NCBI GenBank assembly: GCA_964357525.1
Contig: CAYHLH010000002.1
Span: 5,287-69,286, forward strand
DNA length: 64,000 nucleotides
From: an uncultured Candidatus Saccharibacteria bacterium
Lineage (GTDB): Bacteria; Patescibacteriota; Minisyncoccia; UBA6257; GWB1-50-10
Direction: 5' to 3'
Part shown: piece after piece, positions 8,294 to 15,718 of the stretch
Numbering within the stretch: position 1 is the first letter of the stretch
Layout: every line of letters starts with the position of its first letter
Program-made: the position numbers and the translations under genes
Notes under the pieces: generated by a model
What the model saw: the letters and a program-made list of their open reading frames with translations, nothing else
What the model was told of the DNA's origin: nothing
Databases searched by the model: none

Positions 8294-8846
8294 AGAAAAG
8301 GACATATACCGCGAGGCGCTTGCCGCGCTCGAGCGCGGAGAAACGCTCGATTCGCTTCGCGGCCGATTTTCGAAAGCCGAGCTTGAAGAGGCGGGGCGGG
8401 TGTTTTCCGCGCTCGCGCATGCGAAAAGGGACATCGTTCCCGACGCGAACGCGCTCCGGGACGCCGTGTTTAAAGAAAACCGCGCCGTTTCCCTCGCGTC
8501 GATTGCGGGGGTCAATTGGAGGATAGCGGTTCCGTTAGGGGCGTTCGCGGTGCTCCTTCTCGCGTTCGTCTTCGGCGCGCAGCGGTTTCCGAAGCCCGCC
8601 GAGGAGGCGGCGAATCTGCAAGGCGGGAAAACCGCTTCTCCCGAATGGGGGAACGGCTCGGTTGCCGCTCTTGAGGAGCCCCTCCCAAAGGCCACGGGGA
8701 ACGTGGATGACGCGGTTGCCGCGCTCTTCGCGGACATGGAGCAGGAATCCGCCGCGCTCGGAAGCCAGGCAGATGCGGAGATATCTGTGGCGGAGAGCGA
8801 ATACGGAGAATTGAATTCCTTCAATTATGGAGAAACGCAGATATAA
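8286..8846 (+). CDS. Putative anti-sigma factor (single-pass membrane protein)
   Basis: Overlaps the sigma gene stop (ATGA-type overlap). Has a central TM helix (WRIAVPLGAFAVLLLAFVFG), the typical ECF sigma / anti-sigma arrangement. Confidence 0.5.
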   Translation: MLEEKDIYREALAALERGETLDSLRGRFSKAELEEAGRVFSALAHAKRDIVPDANALRDAVFKENRAVSLASIAGVNWRIAVPLGAFAVLLLAFVFGAQRFPKPAEEAANLQGGKTASPEWGNGSVAALEEPLPKATGNVDDAVAALFADMEQESAALGSQADAEISVAESEYGELNSFNYGETQI

Positions 8847-9714
8847 CCTTGTGGCGATGGCGCTCGCGGCGACGCTCGTCGTTTCGTTCGCGGTTCCCGC
8901 GGTTTCGTTTGCGGAAGAGAACGAGGGGAAGAACCGTCCGGACACGGAATCATTGAGGAAAAATATCCTTGAGCGGGTGAGGCAGATCTTGCCGTTCAAG
9001 GCGAGGTTTGCCACCTCGACCCGTCCCCGCCCCGAGCTTGCCGACGACAGCGACATGAAAACGGGAAAGTTCGCCTGCTCCCGACTCCCCCAGCTTTTCG
9101 GGGAAGTCCAGGTGAAGACGGCGGAACGCAGGAGCGAGCTTCTGAAGAGTCAGGAAGAGGCCCGCAGGAAGGTTCAGAGACGCAAGGAAGCGGTGCGTGA
9201 GAAGGTAAGCGAACGCAGGGACGAATGGAGCGATAATTTCAAGGAACGATTCGCGGCGCTCGAGCGGAGGGCGGCGACGACGGAGCAGCGTGCAGCCGTC
9301 GCGGCGTTCCGCGCGTCGGTCGAATCCGCGCTCGCGGCGCGCCGTTCGGCGATAGACGCGGCGACCGCGGCGTTCGCTTCCTCGTCGGCGGCTTCCGCCG
9401 GGGAACGCGAGGCGAGGATCGCGGAGATCACCGAAACGTACCGCGTTTCGGTCGCATCCGCGGCGGAGAAAGCGAAGAATGACTGCGCGGCCGATCCGAG
9501 GAATGTAGTAGCCGTCCGCGAGGCATATATGGCTTCTGTGAAGGCCGCGAAGGAAAGATTCGACGCCGACCGCAAGGTGCTCGAGGAGCTGAAAACGGAC
9601 GTGACTGATGCGGCAAAAACATACAAGGATGCGCTCCGTAAAGCGGACGCCGATTTCAAAGCGGCCGTCGAGGCGGCGTCAAAAACCCTGAAAGCCGCGT
9701 TTCCCGGCGCGTGA
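8827..9714 (+). CDS. Secreted Ala/Arg-rich coiled-coil protein, third gene of the ECF operon
   Basis: Signal peptide MEKRRYNLVAMALAATLVVSFAVPAVSFA, then a low-complexity coiled-coil. Followed by the terminator hairpin at 9737-9772. Confidence 0.5.
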   Translation: MEKRRYNLVAMALAATLVVSFAVPAVSFAEENEGKNRPDTESLRKNILERVRQILPFKARFATSTRPRPELADDSDMKTGKFACSRLPQLFGEVQVKTAERRSELLKSQEEARRKVQRRKEAVREKVSERRDEWSDNFKERFAALERRAATTEQRAAVAAFRASVESALAARRSAIDAATAAFASSSAASAGEREARIAEITETYRVSVASAAEKAKNDCAADPRNVVAVREAYMASVKAAKERFDADRKVLEELKTDVTDAAKTYKDALRKADADFKAAVEAASKTLKAAFPGA

Positions 9715-9736
9715 AATAGTAACTGATCGGCTTATT

Positions 9737-9772
9737 GGTTCAACAAAAATCCCCACAAGGGGATTTTTGTTG
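9737..9772. terminator. Bidirectional rho-independent terminator (CAACAAAAATCCCC-ACAA-GGGGATTTTTGTTG)
   Basis: Perfect GC stem flanked by A-tract and T-tract. Confidence 0.6.
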
Positions 9773-9820
9773 TATTGCGGATACGGTATACTGAATACTG
9801 TATACTGGATACTGATATAT

Positions 9821-10003
9821 ATGTCTCTCCACAAAAAAATCCTCGGCATTCTCATCGTCGCCCTGCTTCTCATCATCGTGCTCCTCGGGGGGCTGTTCCT
9901 CATCTTCAACCGCGCGGCGCAGGCGCCGACTTCGGGGTTCCAGGGTCCGACGGGAGTACCGTACGCGACCGGGCCAACAAGCCCGCCTCCGTCGTCGTAT
10001 TAA
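9821..10003 (+). CDS. Small hydrophobic membrane protein (60 aa)
   Basis: MSLHKKILGILIVALLLIIVLLGGLFLIF..., with a terminator hairpin immediately after the stop (10005-10031). Preceded by four tandem (N)ATACTG heptamers. Confidence 0.4.
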   Translation: MSLHKKILGILIVALLLIIVLLGGLFLIFNRAAQAPTSGFQGPTGVPYATGPTSPPPSSY

Positions 10004-10034
10004 CTCAAAAAACCGCCGAAGCGGTTTTTTGTTT

Positions 10035-10216
10035 TGTGCGGGTTAGGAGAAATCTCACACGCTGGGAAACCTCCTTCGATCCCGAGATTTCAGGACCGAG
10101 GGGCACGGTTTTCCCACAGCCTTCCTCCACGGGGAACCGGTCGCGGTTCCCCGACCCCCTCCTCTGTTCGATTCTCCACAGAACAAAAATACCCCGATTG
10201 GGGCATTTTTGTTCTG
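10035..10216 (-). repeat. tRNA-Gly 3'-attached element (tRNA sense is minus strand): hairpin, inverted T-arm copy, GGGGGTCGGGG motif, GGAACCG-CGAC-CGGTTCC palindrome, direct repeat of the tRNA 3' end
   Basis: TGTGCGGGTTAGGAGAA at 10035-10051 duplicates 10215-10231. GTTCGATTCTCC at 10166-10177 is in the opposite orientation to the tRNA T-loop. Hairpin CAGAACAAAAATACCCC-GATT-GGGGCATTTTTGTTCTG at 10178-10216. Confidence 0.55.
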
Positions 10217-10287
10217 TGCGGGTTAGGAGAATCGAACTCCTGTCTCAACCTTGGCAAGGTCGTGTTCTACCACTAAACCAAACCCGC
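10217..10287 (-). tRNA. tRNA-Gly (GCC)
   Basis: Reverse complement GCGGGTTTGGTTTAGTGGTAGAACACGACCTTGCCAAGGTTG...GAGTTCGATTCTCCTAACCCGCA. Anticodon loop TTGCCAA. Confidence 0.8.
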
Positions 10288-10332
10288 ATTTACAGGATTG
10301 AGTGTACGGGAAGGTTAAATTCTCTTCAAGGG

Positions 10333-11541
10333 TTATCTGATTTTTACAAACCTCTTTTTCCCTATTTTCACGATGTCGCCCGAAGCGAATATCATCTCGT
10401 CGTCCGCTGGAACGGTTTCTTGATTCACTTGTATTGCTCCCTGTTGCAAGAGCCGCCGCGCCTCGCTTTTGGAGGGAACGCCGGCCTTGAGAAGAAATTC
10501 TGTAAGGCGCATTTTTTTCTGCGGGAGGGTTATAGAAGGCATTTCCGCGGGAACTTCGCGTTTGGAGAATGTATTTATGAAAGCTTCCTTAGCCTTTTTT
10601 GCGAGCGCGGGCGAGTGGTAGAGAGACACGACCTCAAAGGCGATCTCCATTTTTATGTCACGCGGATTGCGCTTGTTCGAGAGGTCGCTTTTCAGTTTTA
10701 ACAATCGCGATTCGGTCATGTCGGTTGAAAAGTCGGCGATGAGCGTCATGTTTTCATCGTCTATTGCCATGACCTTTCCGAACATGTCCTCCGGACCGTC
10801 GTCCAGATTAATCATACCCCCCTCGCTCTTGTTCATGAGTTTTTTCCCGGTCTTTGGATCAACCAACAATTTAGTGGTGATAACGAATTTTTCTTTTCCT
10901 TTCAACGCCCTCATCAAGTCTCGTCCCACGAGCATGTTGAATGTTTGATCGGTTCCACCTATTTCGCCGTCAACATTCATTGCCACCGAATCATATCCCT
11001 GCATGAGCGGGTAGAGGAATTCGTGAACCCCTATGGGCTTGCCCGATTTCAATCGCTCCTGAAACATGTCCCGCGCGATCATTTGTTGCACCGTGATGCG
11101 CGAGGCAAGGTCCAAAATATCGGCAAAGCCCATTTTGCGGTACCATGTGGAATTGAATTTGATTGTCGCGGGATTTTTGCCCGTAAAGGAAATCACCTTA
11201 CCGACTTGGGATTTGAACGTTTTGAGATTCTCTTGTACTTGTTTTTCAGTAAGCGGTTGGCGGGGAGAAAGCTTGTCGGTGGGGTCGCCTATCCGGGCGG
11301 TCATGTCCCCGATGAGAAAGATAATTCGGTGGCCGAGTTCTTGGAGCCTTTTTAGAAGCAGTAAATTTGTGGCGGTTCCAAGGTGAAGGTGAGGCCCCGT
11401 TGGATCCGCTCCCAAATAGAAAGCCAACTTCTTTCCGCCAAGAAGAGCCTTTCTCAGCATTTCCTTAGAAGGGTAAATATTTTCCACCCCCCGTGCGAGG
11501 GTTTTTTCGATGAGCTCCAATTTATTCCCCATTTGTTTCAT
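10333..11541 (-). CDS. tyrS: Tyrosine--tRNA ligase
   Basis: Class I aaRS with HIGH-type motif (GPHLHLGT), KMSKS-like region (KKLMNKSEGG) and C-terminal S4-like RNA-binding domain (RLTEFLLKAGVPSKSEARRLLQQGAIQVN). Confidence 0.9.
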   Translation of the reverse strand: MKQMGNKLELIEKTLARGVENIYPSKEMLRKALLGGKKLAFYLGADPTGPHLHLGTATNLLLLKRLQELGHRIIFLIGDMTARIGDPTDKLSPRQPLTEKQVQENLKTFKSQVGKVISFTGKNPATIKFNSTWYRKMGFADILDLASRITVQQMIARDMFQERLKSGKPIGVHEFLYPLMQGYDSVAMNVDGEIGGTDQTFNMLVGRDLMRALKGKEKFVITTKLLVDPKTGKKLMNKSEGGMINLDDGPEDMFGKVMAIDDENMTLIADFSTDMTESRLLKLKSDLSNKRNPRDIKMEIAFEVVSLYHSPALAKKAKEAFINTFSKREVPAEMPSITLPQKKMRLTEFLLKAGVPSKSEARRLLQQGAIQVNQETVPADDEMIFASGDIVKIGKKRFVKIR

Positions 11542-11619
11542 TTTAACCGCTCTGTCCTCAAAAACATAGTGAAGCCCGCTTTCCGGAAAAAGAGGGCTTC
11601 AGCCGCATTGTAGATAGAA

Positions 11620-12207
11620 TTATTTTTTTGACGGTTTGAGGACCACGTCGATGAGGCCGTATTCCTTCGCCTCCGCGGCGGTAAGCCAAAAGTCGCGGTC
11701 CGTGTCCTTCTCGATCTTGGCGAGCTTCTGCCCCGTGTGCTTGGCGAGCACCTTGTTCAGGCGCTCCTTGATCTTCAAAATGTGCCGCGCGGTTATCTCG
11801 ATTTCCGTCGCCTGGCCCTCCGCGCCGCCCATCACTTGGTGGAGCAGTATCTCCGAGTTGGGAAGCGCGAAGCGCTTGCCTTTAGTGCCGGCGCAGAGGA
11901 GCACGGCGCCCATACTCGCGGCGACGCCGACGCAGATGGTGGATACCGGGGACTTGACGTGCTGCATCGTGTCATAGATGGCGAGGCCGCCCGTCACCAT
12001 CCCTCCGGGCGAGTTGATGTAGAGCTTGATGTCCTTCTTCGAATCCTCGTTGTCCAAAAAGAGGAGCTGGGCGATGACGGAGTTGGCGACCACATCGTCG
12101 ATGCCGCCTCCGAGGAATATGATGCGTTCCTTGAGGAGGCGCGAGTAGATGTCGTACGCGCGCTCTCCGTAGTTCGTTTTTTCAATGACGGTGGGTATTA
12201 GGTTCAT
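11620..12207 (-). CDS. clpP: ATP-dependent Clp protease proteolytic subunit
   Basis: Full-length ClpP family sequence ([18 protein letters not shown], catalytic Ser in GVAASMGA, His in LHQ). Confidence 0.9.
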   Translation of the reverse strand: MNLIPTVIEKTNYGERAYDIYSRLLKERIIFLGGGIDDVVANSVIAQLLFLDNEDSKKDIKLYINSPGGMVTGGLAIYDTMQHVKSPVSTICVGVAASMGAVLLCAGTKGKRFALPNSEILLHQVMGGAEGQATEIEITARHILKIKERLNKVLAKHTGQKLAKIEKDTDRDFWLTAAEAKEYGLIDVVLKPSKK

Positions 12208-12261
12208 TGTTTACAATGATAACGTATCATCAAAATATTTTCAAACAAATCGGAAATCCCG

Positions 12262-12285
12262 CCATTGGCGGGATTTTTCAATTCG
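12262..12285. terminator. Bidirectional terminator hairpin (AAATCCCGCC-ATTG-GCGGGATTT)
   Basis: GC stem with flanking A/T runs between the convergent clpP and 12315 genes. Confidence 0.5.
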
Positions 12286-12314
12286 TATATTCGTACCTAT
12301 TCGTGATTGGTTGA

Positions 12315-12812
12315 TTAGAATTCCACCTTCTCGATGAGGATGGCGTTGAATTGGCTCGCTTTCCTGACGTTCTCCGCGGCTGTCACCGTGACGGTCTCGC
12401 TCGTCTTGAGGTCGGAGAGCTTCAAGGTTTCGCGCGAAATGTTGCCGTTCTTGTCTATCTGCGTGGGCCGGAGGACGTACATTTCCGTGGATTGGTTCAC
12501 GACCGCCACGCGGGAGATGGTGCGCTGCGGGCTGCCGTCCGAGTGCGGAAGGTAATCCTCGGGGTCACCGATCGAAAGTTCTATCTTCGAGCCGTCTATC
12601 TTCGTGATGGTGCCGACGACGGTCCTGAGGTCCTCCGGCGGCTTCGGGAAGGTCAAGGCCACGAGGTCCTCCAACTGCTTCGTGTCCGTCGTTTGGAATC
12701 CGAGGTTCTTGCCGACTAGGTAGTAGCCGATGAGAAATCCTACGACGAGGCCGACGATGAAGAATATGACGGGAAGCTTTAGATTTTTTTGTTCCATGAT
12801 TTTGAAATGCAC
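12315..12812 (-). CDS. Hypothetical membrane-anchored protein
   Basis: N-terminal TM helix (LPVIFFIVGLVVGFLIGYYLV). Start could be Met1 or Met6. Confidence 0.5.
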   Translation of the reverse strand: MHFKIMEQKNLKLPVIFFIVGLVVGFLIGYYLVGKNLGFQTTDTKQLEDLVALTFPKPPEDLRTVVGTITKIDGSKIELSIGDPEDYLPHSDGSPQRTISRVAVVNQSTEMYVLRPTQIDKNGNISRETLKLSDLKTSETVTVTAAENVRKASQFNAILIEKVEF

Positions 12813-12897
12813 TTTCGCGACGTTTTATTCAGTATAGCATAAAAGATGCAAAAAACATGATTTCTCATACCCAAGGTCTTTTCTCCGCTTTTCTCCA

Positions 12898-12933
12898 CGC
12901 GGTCTGATTAATCAGACCGCGCCGTGGTATAAT
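12898..12933. promoter_or_regulatory. 24-bp perfect palindrome CGCGGTCTGATTAATCAGACCGCG followed by CCGTGGTATAAT (extended -10); operator-like site upstream of the frameshifted TrpR-like gene
   Basis: Perfect dyad centred on TTAA, the same centre as the E. coli trp operator CTAGTTAACTAG. Architecture identical to 1511-1546 but with a different half-site sequence. Confidence 0.5.
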
Positions 12934-12996
12934 AATCAATGATGATGTTTATTGTTGGCGTTGTTAAAACAGCAATAAAAACCTTTTCTCAAAAAC

Positions 12997-13372
12997 ATGG
13001 TTCGCGTAAATAGGACTCAATTCCCAAGCGCGTTACGCCGAGAGGCATGGCAGAAGTTCTGGAAAATCGTGAGAAGTTCCCCGTCGCCGGAGGTGCTCGC
13101 GCGAGATCTCTCGGCATTTTTCTCCCCCTCGGAAATCGCCGTGCTTGAAAAGAGGCTTGCGATATTACTTCTCCTTGAAAAGGGCGCGGCCTATCGGGAA
13201 ATCGGACGCACTATATGATGTTACAAGGGGTACGGTGAGTTTTGTTAAGCATCACTTCGTGAAAAAACCGCGCGTACACCGGAAATATTCACCACTGCCA
13301 AAAAGGGAATCTTCATATATTCCGCCACCGGGGACACTACGATCACTAAAACGCCACTTTAAAGAAAAATAA
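12997..13372 (+). pseudogene. TrpR-like (YerC/YecD) regulator paralog interrupted by a +1 frameshift
   Basis: Frame A gives MVRVNRTQF...LEKRLAILLLLEKGAAYREIGRTI then a stop. Frame +1 continues YDVTRGTVSFVKHHFVKKP..., colinear with ...REIGRMIDVSSTTINSIKHHFVKKP of the 1560 gene. This is either a 1-nt indel or a sequencing error. Confidence 0.55.
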
Positions 13373-13437
13373 ATTTTTCTCTCTAACTCCATCTTTCCCT
13401 CCGTCTTTTCTTTTTCTTCTATGTGTCCCCTCCACCA

Positions 13438-13461
13438 CGCGGTCTGATTAATCAGACCGCG
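13438..13461. promoter_or_regulatory. Second copy of the palindrome CGCGGTCTGATTAATCAGACCGCG
   Basis: Identical 24-bp dyad, 65 nt downstream of the pseudogene. Confidence 0.5.
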
Positions 13462-13630
13462 TTGGATTTCGGTTTTAACCGGTTTATTTGATTATTCCTG
13501 CATCTTACATTTGATTGTTCCCGCATCTTACAAAAGAAAGAAAAGAAATGAAACTCCGCTGGCTTGCGCCCGTGGTTTCTTTTGGCTACAAGCTCAGTTT
13601 GACCCAGGTCTTCCAATAATATGCGACACA

Positions 13631-13660
13631 AGAGGTGGTCTGATTAATCAGACCACCTCT
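13631..13660. promoter_or_regulatory. 30-bp perfect palindrome AGAGGTGGTCTGATTAATCAGACCACCTCT (variant of the GGTCTGATTAATCAGACC dyad)
   Basis: Same core as at 12898 and 13438. Outer positions changed symmetrically (GCGG to GTGG on both arms). Confidence 0.5.
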
Positions 13661-13843
13661 TGATAACCCCTTTGTGCTGGAACGGGAAGACCGGGGTAAT
13701 GCATTTACCCGCCTCGACATTGCGTCGGGGTGGTTTTTTGACATATAAAAAACCCCCGCAATTTGACATTGCAGGGGTGACGTCACCTTCCTTACATTTA
13801 GTAGAAGTGTCCCCCAAAAGGGACTTTTGTCAGGAGGTGTAAA

Positions 13844-15283
13844 CTATTTCATCAGTATCATTTTCTTCGTATCCGTAAAATCATCGGTTTTCAACCTGTA
13901 GAAGTAAACTCCGCTCGGCAAATTGACTCCGTCAAAAGAGACTTCGTAATTTCCGGCAGGCTTCATTCCGTTTACAAGAATTTCAACTTCTCTTCCGAGG
14001 ATGTCGTACACCGTAAGGTTTACAAGTCCTTTTTTAGGAACAGAAAACTGAATTTTTGTGACAGGATTGAACGGGTTCGGATAGTTCTGGGAAAGGGAGA
14101 ATTTTTCAGCAATCTCATTCTGATTCTGGATCCCCGTCATGGAGTCGGGCGCGTATTTCTTTATCCATCCGATCGACAGCGGATTTTGTCCGTTATCGAA
14201 GGATTTACCAAGAGCATAGAAATATCCTTGGTGAAATTTCACTCCCTGCACGTGGTTTAGGACATATTGCGGGTGTTGCACGATTCTCGTGCTCCACTTT
14301 CTGTGTCCATCAAGATCGAATGCGGCGAGGTACCCCGCCTTTTGCGACGTCCATTGCAGAGAATCCCTTCTGATCTGTGCTCCTATCAATATGAGATTCT
14401 GGTATTGCGATATGCTAACACCCTGAACAAAGTTCTCTTCATTCGCCGCGGAACTTCCGTTCGGAAGCCACATGGTGTCCCATATGATCGCGCCGTTTGT
14501 TCCGTTCAGTTTGCACAACCGGAACCATAATGCATAAAGCGGATTGAGCGAACCAGTCACGGTCATGCCGACATAGCAATTCCCGCTTGAATCAACATCC
14601 CCGTCCGTGGTAATTCCGATGGAATCCATGAAATCTTTTCTCCATGTTTGCTGGCGGGTCGCAAGATCGAATCGCATCACGGTGTTGCGGTAGGTGCCGT
14701 TGAAGGAAGTCGTGAAAATAGTCAGCTTGTCGCCTACCACTTTCGGATGCCTTCCGGCGGTGATGTTCGCCCCGATGGGAAAACTGCTCCGTTGGGTCCC
14801 GAACTCGTCATATATGAATATGATGTCATTCAATACATCAACCACGACGACACTGTCTCCGTAAACAGCAAGAAAAGGCGCTCCGACATATACCGAACTC
14901 GTATTGAGCAGAGCGCCCGATGAGGCGTCCCTGAACACAAGACGGTAATTATTGTTGGCCGCTTGGTGCGAGACATTCACTGTCTTGTTCTTTCCAGCAA
15001 GCACATTCAGTTGCGAATGACTGGCGATGGAGTTGTTATTGAACGTAGTGTCCAATTTCACCCACTGGGTAAGGCCGTTCACCGAATTACAGCGTATGAC
15101 ATGGGATTTGAAGTTGGTATAACCTCCGAGAAACAGCCCCCCGTTCCATACCTGCAGCTCGTTCGGATCCAGATGGTTTCCCTCGGAAGGAGGGTATTCC
15201 TGCGTCCAGACCAAAGATGGCGTCTGCGCGTTTGTTGCAAGAGCGCAACAAAAAAGCACAAGAGCGATGATTAGTGTTTTCAT
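13844..15283 (-). CDS. Secreted protein with a type IX secretion system C-terminal sorting domain (Por_Secre_tail)
   Basis: Signal peptide MKTLIIALVLFCCALATNAQ. C-terminus QNYPNPFNPVTKIQFSVPKKGLVNLTVYDILGREVEILVNG...LPSGVYFYRLKTDDFTDTKKMILMK matches the T9SS CTD consensus. Lower GC than the backbone. Confidence 0.7.
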   Translation of the reverse strand: MKTLIIALVLFCCALATNAQTPSLVWTQEYPPSEGNHLDPNELQVWNGGLFLGGYTNFKSHVIRCNSVNGLTQWVKLDTTFNNNSIASHSQLNVLAGKNKTVNVSHQAANNNYRLVFRDASSGALLNTSSVYVGAPFLAVYGDSVVVVDVLNDIIFIYDEFGTQRSSFPIGANITAGRHPKVVGDKLTIFTTSFNGTYRNTVMRFDLATRQQTWRKDFMDSIGITTDGDVDSSGNCYVGMTVTGSLNPLYALWFRLCKLNGTNGAIIWDTMWLPNGSSAANEENFVQGVSISQYQNLILIGAQIRRDSLQWTSQKAGYLAAFDLDGHRKWSTRIVQHPQYVLNHVQGVKFHQGYFYALGKSFDNGQNPLSIGWIKKYAPDSMTGIQNQNEIAEKFSLSQNYPNPFNPVTKIQFSVPKKGLVNLTVYDILGREVEILVNGMKPAGNYEVSFDGVNLPSGVYFYRLKTDDFTDTKKMILMK

Positions 15284-15507
15284 TTCAAACTCCTTTCGAG
15301 TTCCAAGCTTTTCAGCTTATTAATTTATTTAATTACTAGGTTCATTATAGCACATTACTACAAAATTTTCAAGTTATTCTGTCAATCCCTCACATAACAA
15401 GTTATATAAGGGATAAAGATAAGGTTTTAAGCGGTTTTTGGGTAGTTTTAATAATCAAAGAAACTAGGTCTTCCGGACGAGGTCGGGTTTTCTTGTTTCT
15501 CGATTTA

Positions 15508-15577
15508 CCCGGTAGTAGAACCGCGACAGGTTCTCCACCTTTGGGTAGTCGCGGTACACTACCGGGTTTGCTACAAT
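15508..15577 (+). promoter_or_regulatory. Type-A hairpin (CCCGGTAGTAGAACCGCGACAG...TAGTCGCGGTACACTACCGGG) followed by extended -10 TTTGCTACAAT
   Basis: Long inverted repeat with termini CCCGGTAGTAG / CTACTACCGGG, then the TGnTACAAT box. Its predicted transcript starts at about the ATG of the type-B element at 15585. Confidence 0.55.
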
Positions 15578-15584
15578 GAAACAT

Positions 15585-15718
15585 ATGCCCAGTAATACAA
15601 CTTCAATTCGCTTTGCGAAAAAGTGATTGAAGCACAGTTGCTGGGGAAAGTCGCAGTACAAACAAAAAGTTAAAAACACCTTGTCGCGGTGTAACCAATT
15701 GAAGTTGATATACTGGGT
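15585..15718 (+). mobile_element. Type-B inverted-repeat element, ORF-less derivative (MITE-like) of the GIY-YIG element at 63224-63544; its 3' end abuts the ATG of the 15719 gene
   Basis: ATG-CCCAGTAATACAACTTCAATTCG...CCAATTGAAGTTGATATACTGGGT-ATG. First 7 codons MPSNTTS identical to the GIY-YIG gene start, then a stop after 13 codons. About 23 bp terminal stem with a 3-nt central mismatch. Confidence 0.6.

Noticed and set aside
7730-8824. 364-aa minus-strand ORF opposite the ECF sigma / anti-sigma genes
   Set aside because: Ser/Ala/Arg-rich antisense translation. The plus-strand genes have clear sigma-70 region 2 and 4 motifs and operon structure.
9775-10701. 308-aa plus-strand ORF crossing the tRNA-Gly locus and running antisense into tyrS
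   Set aside because: It spans a tRNA gene, two terminator hairpins and the 3' end of tyrS. No domain content.
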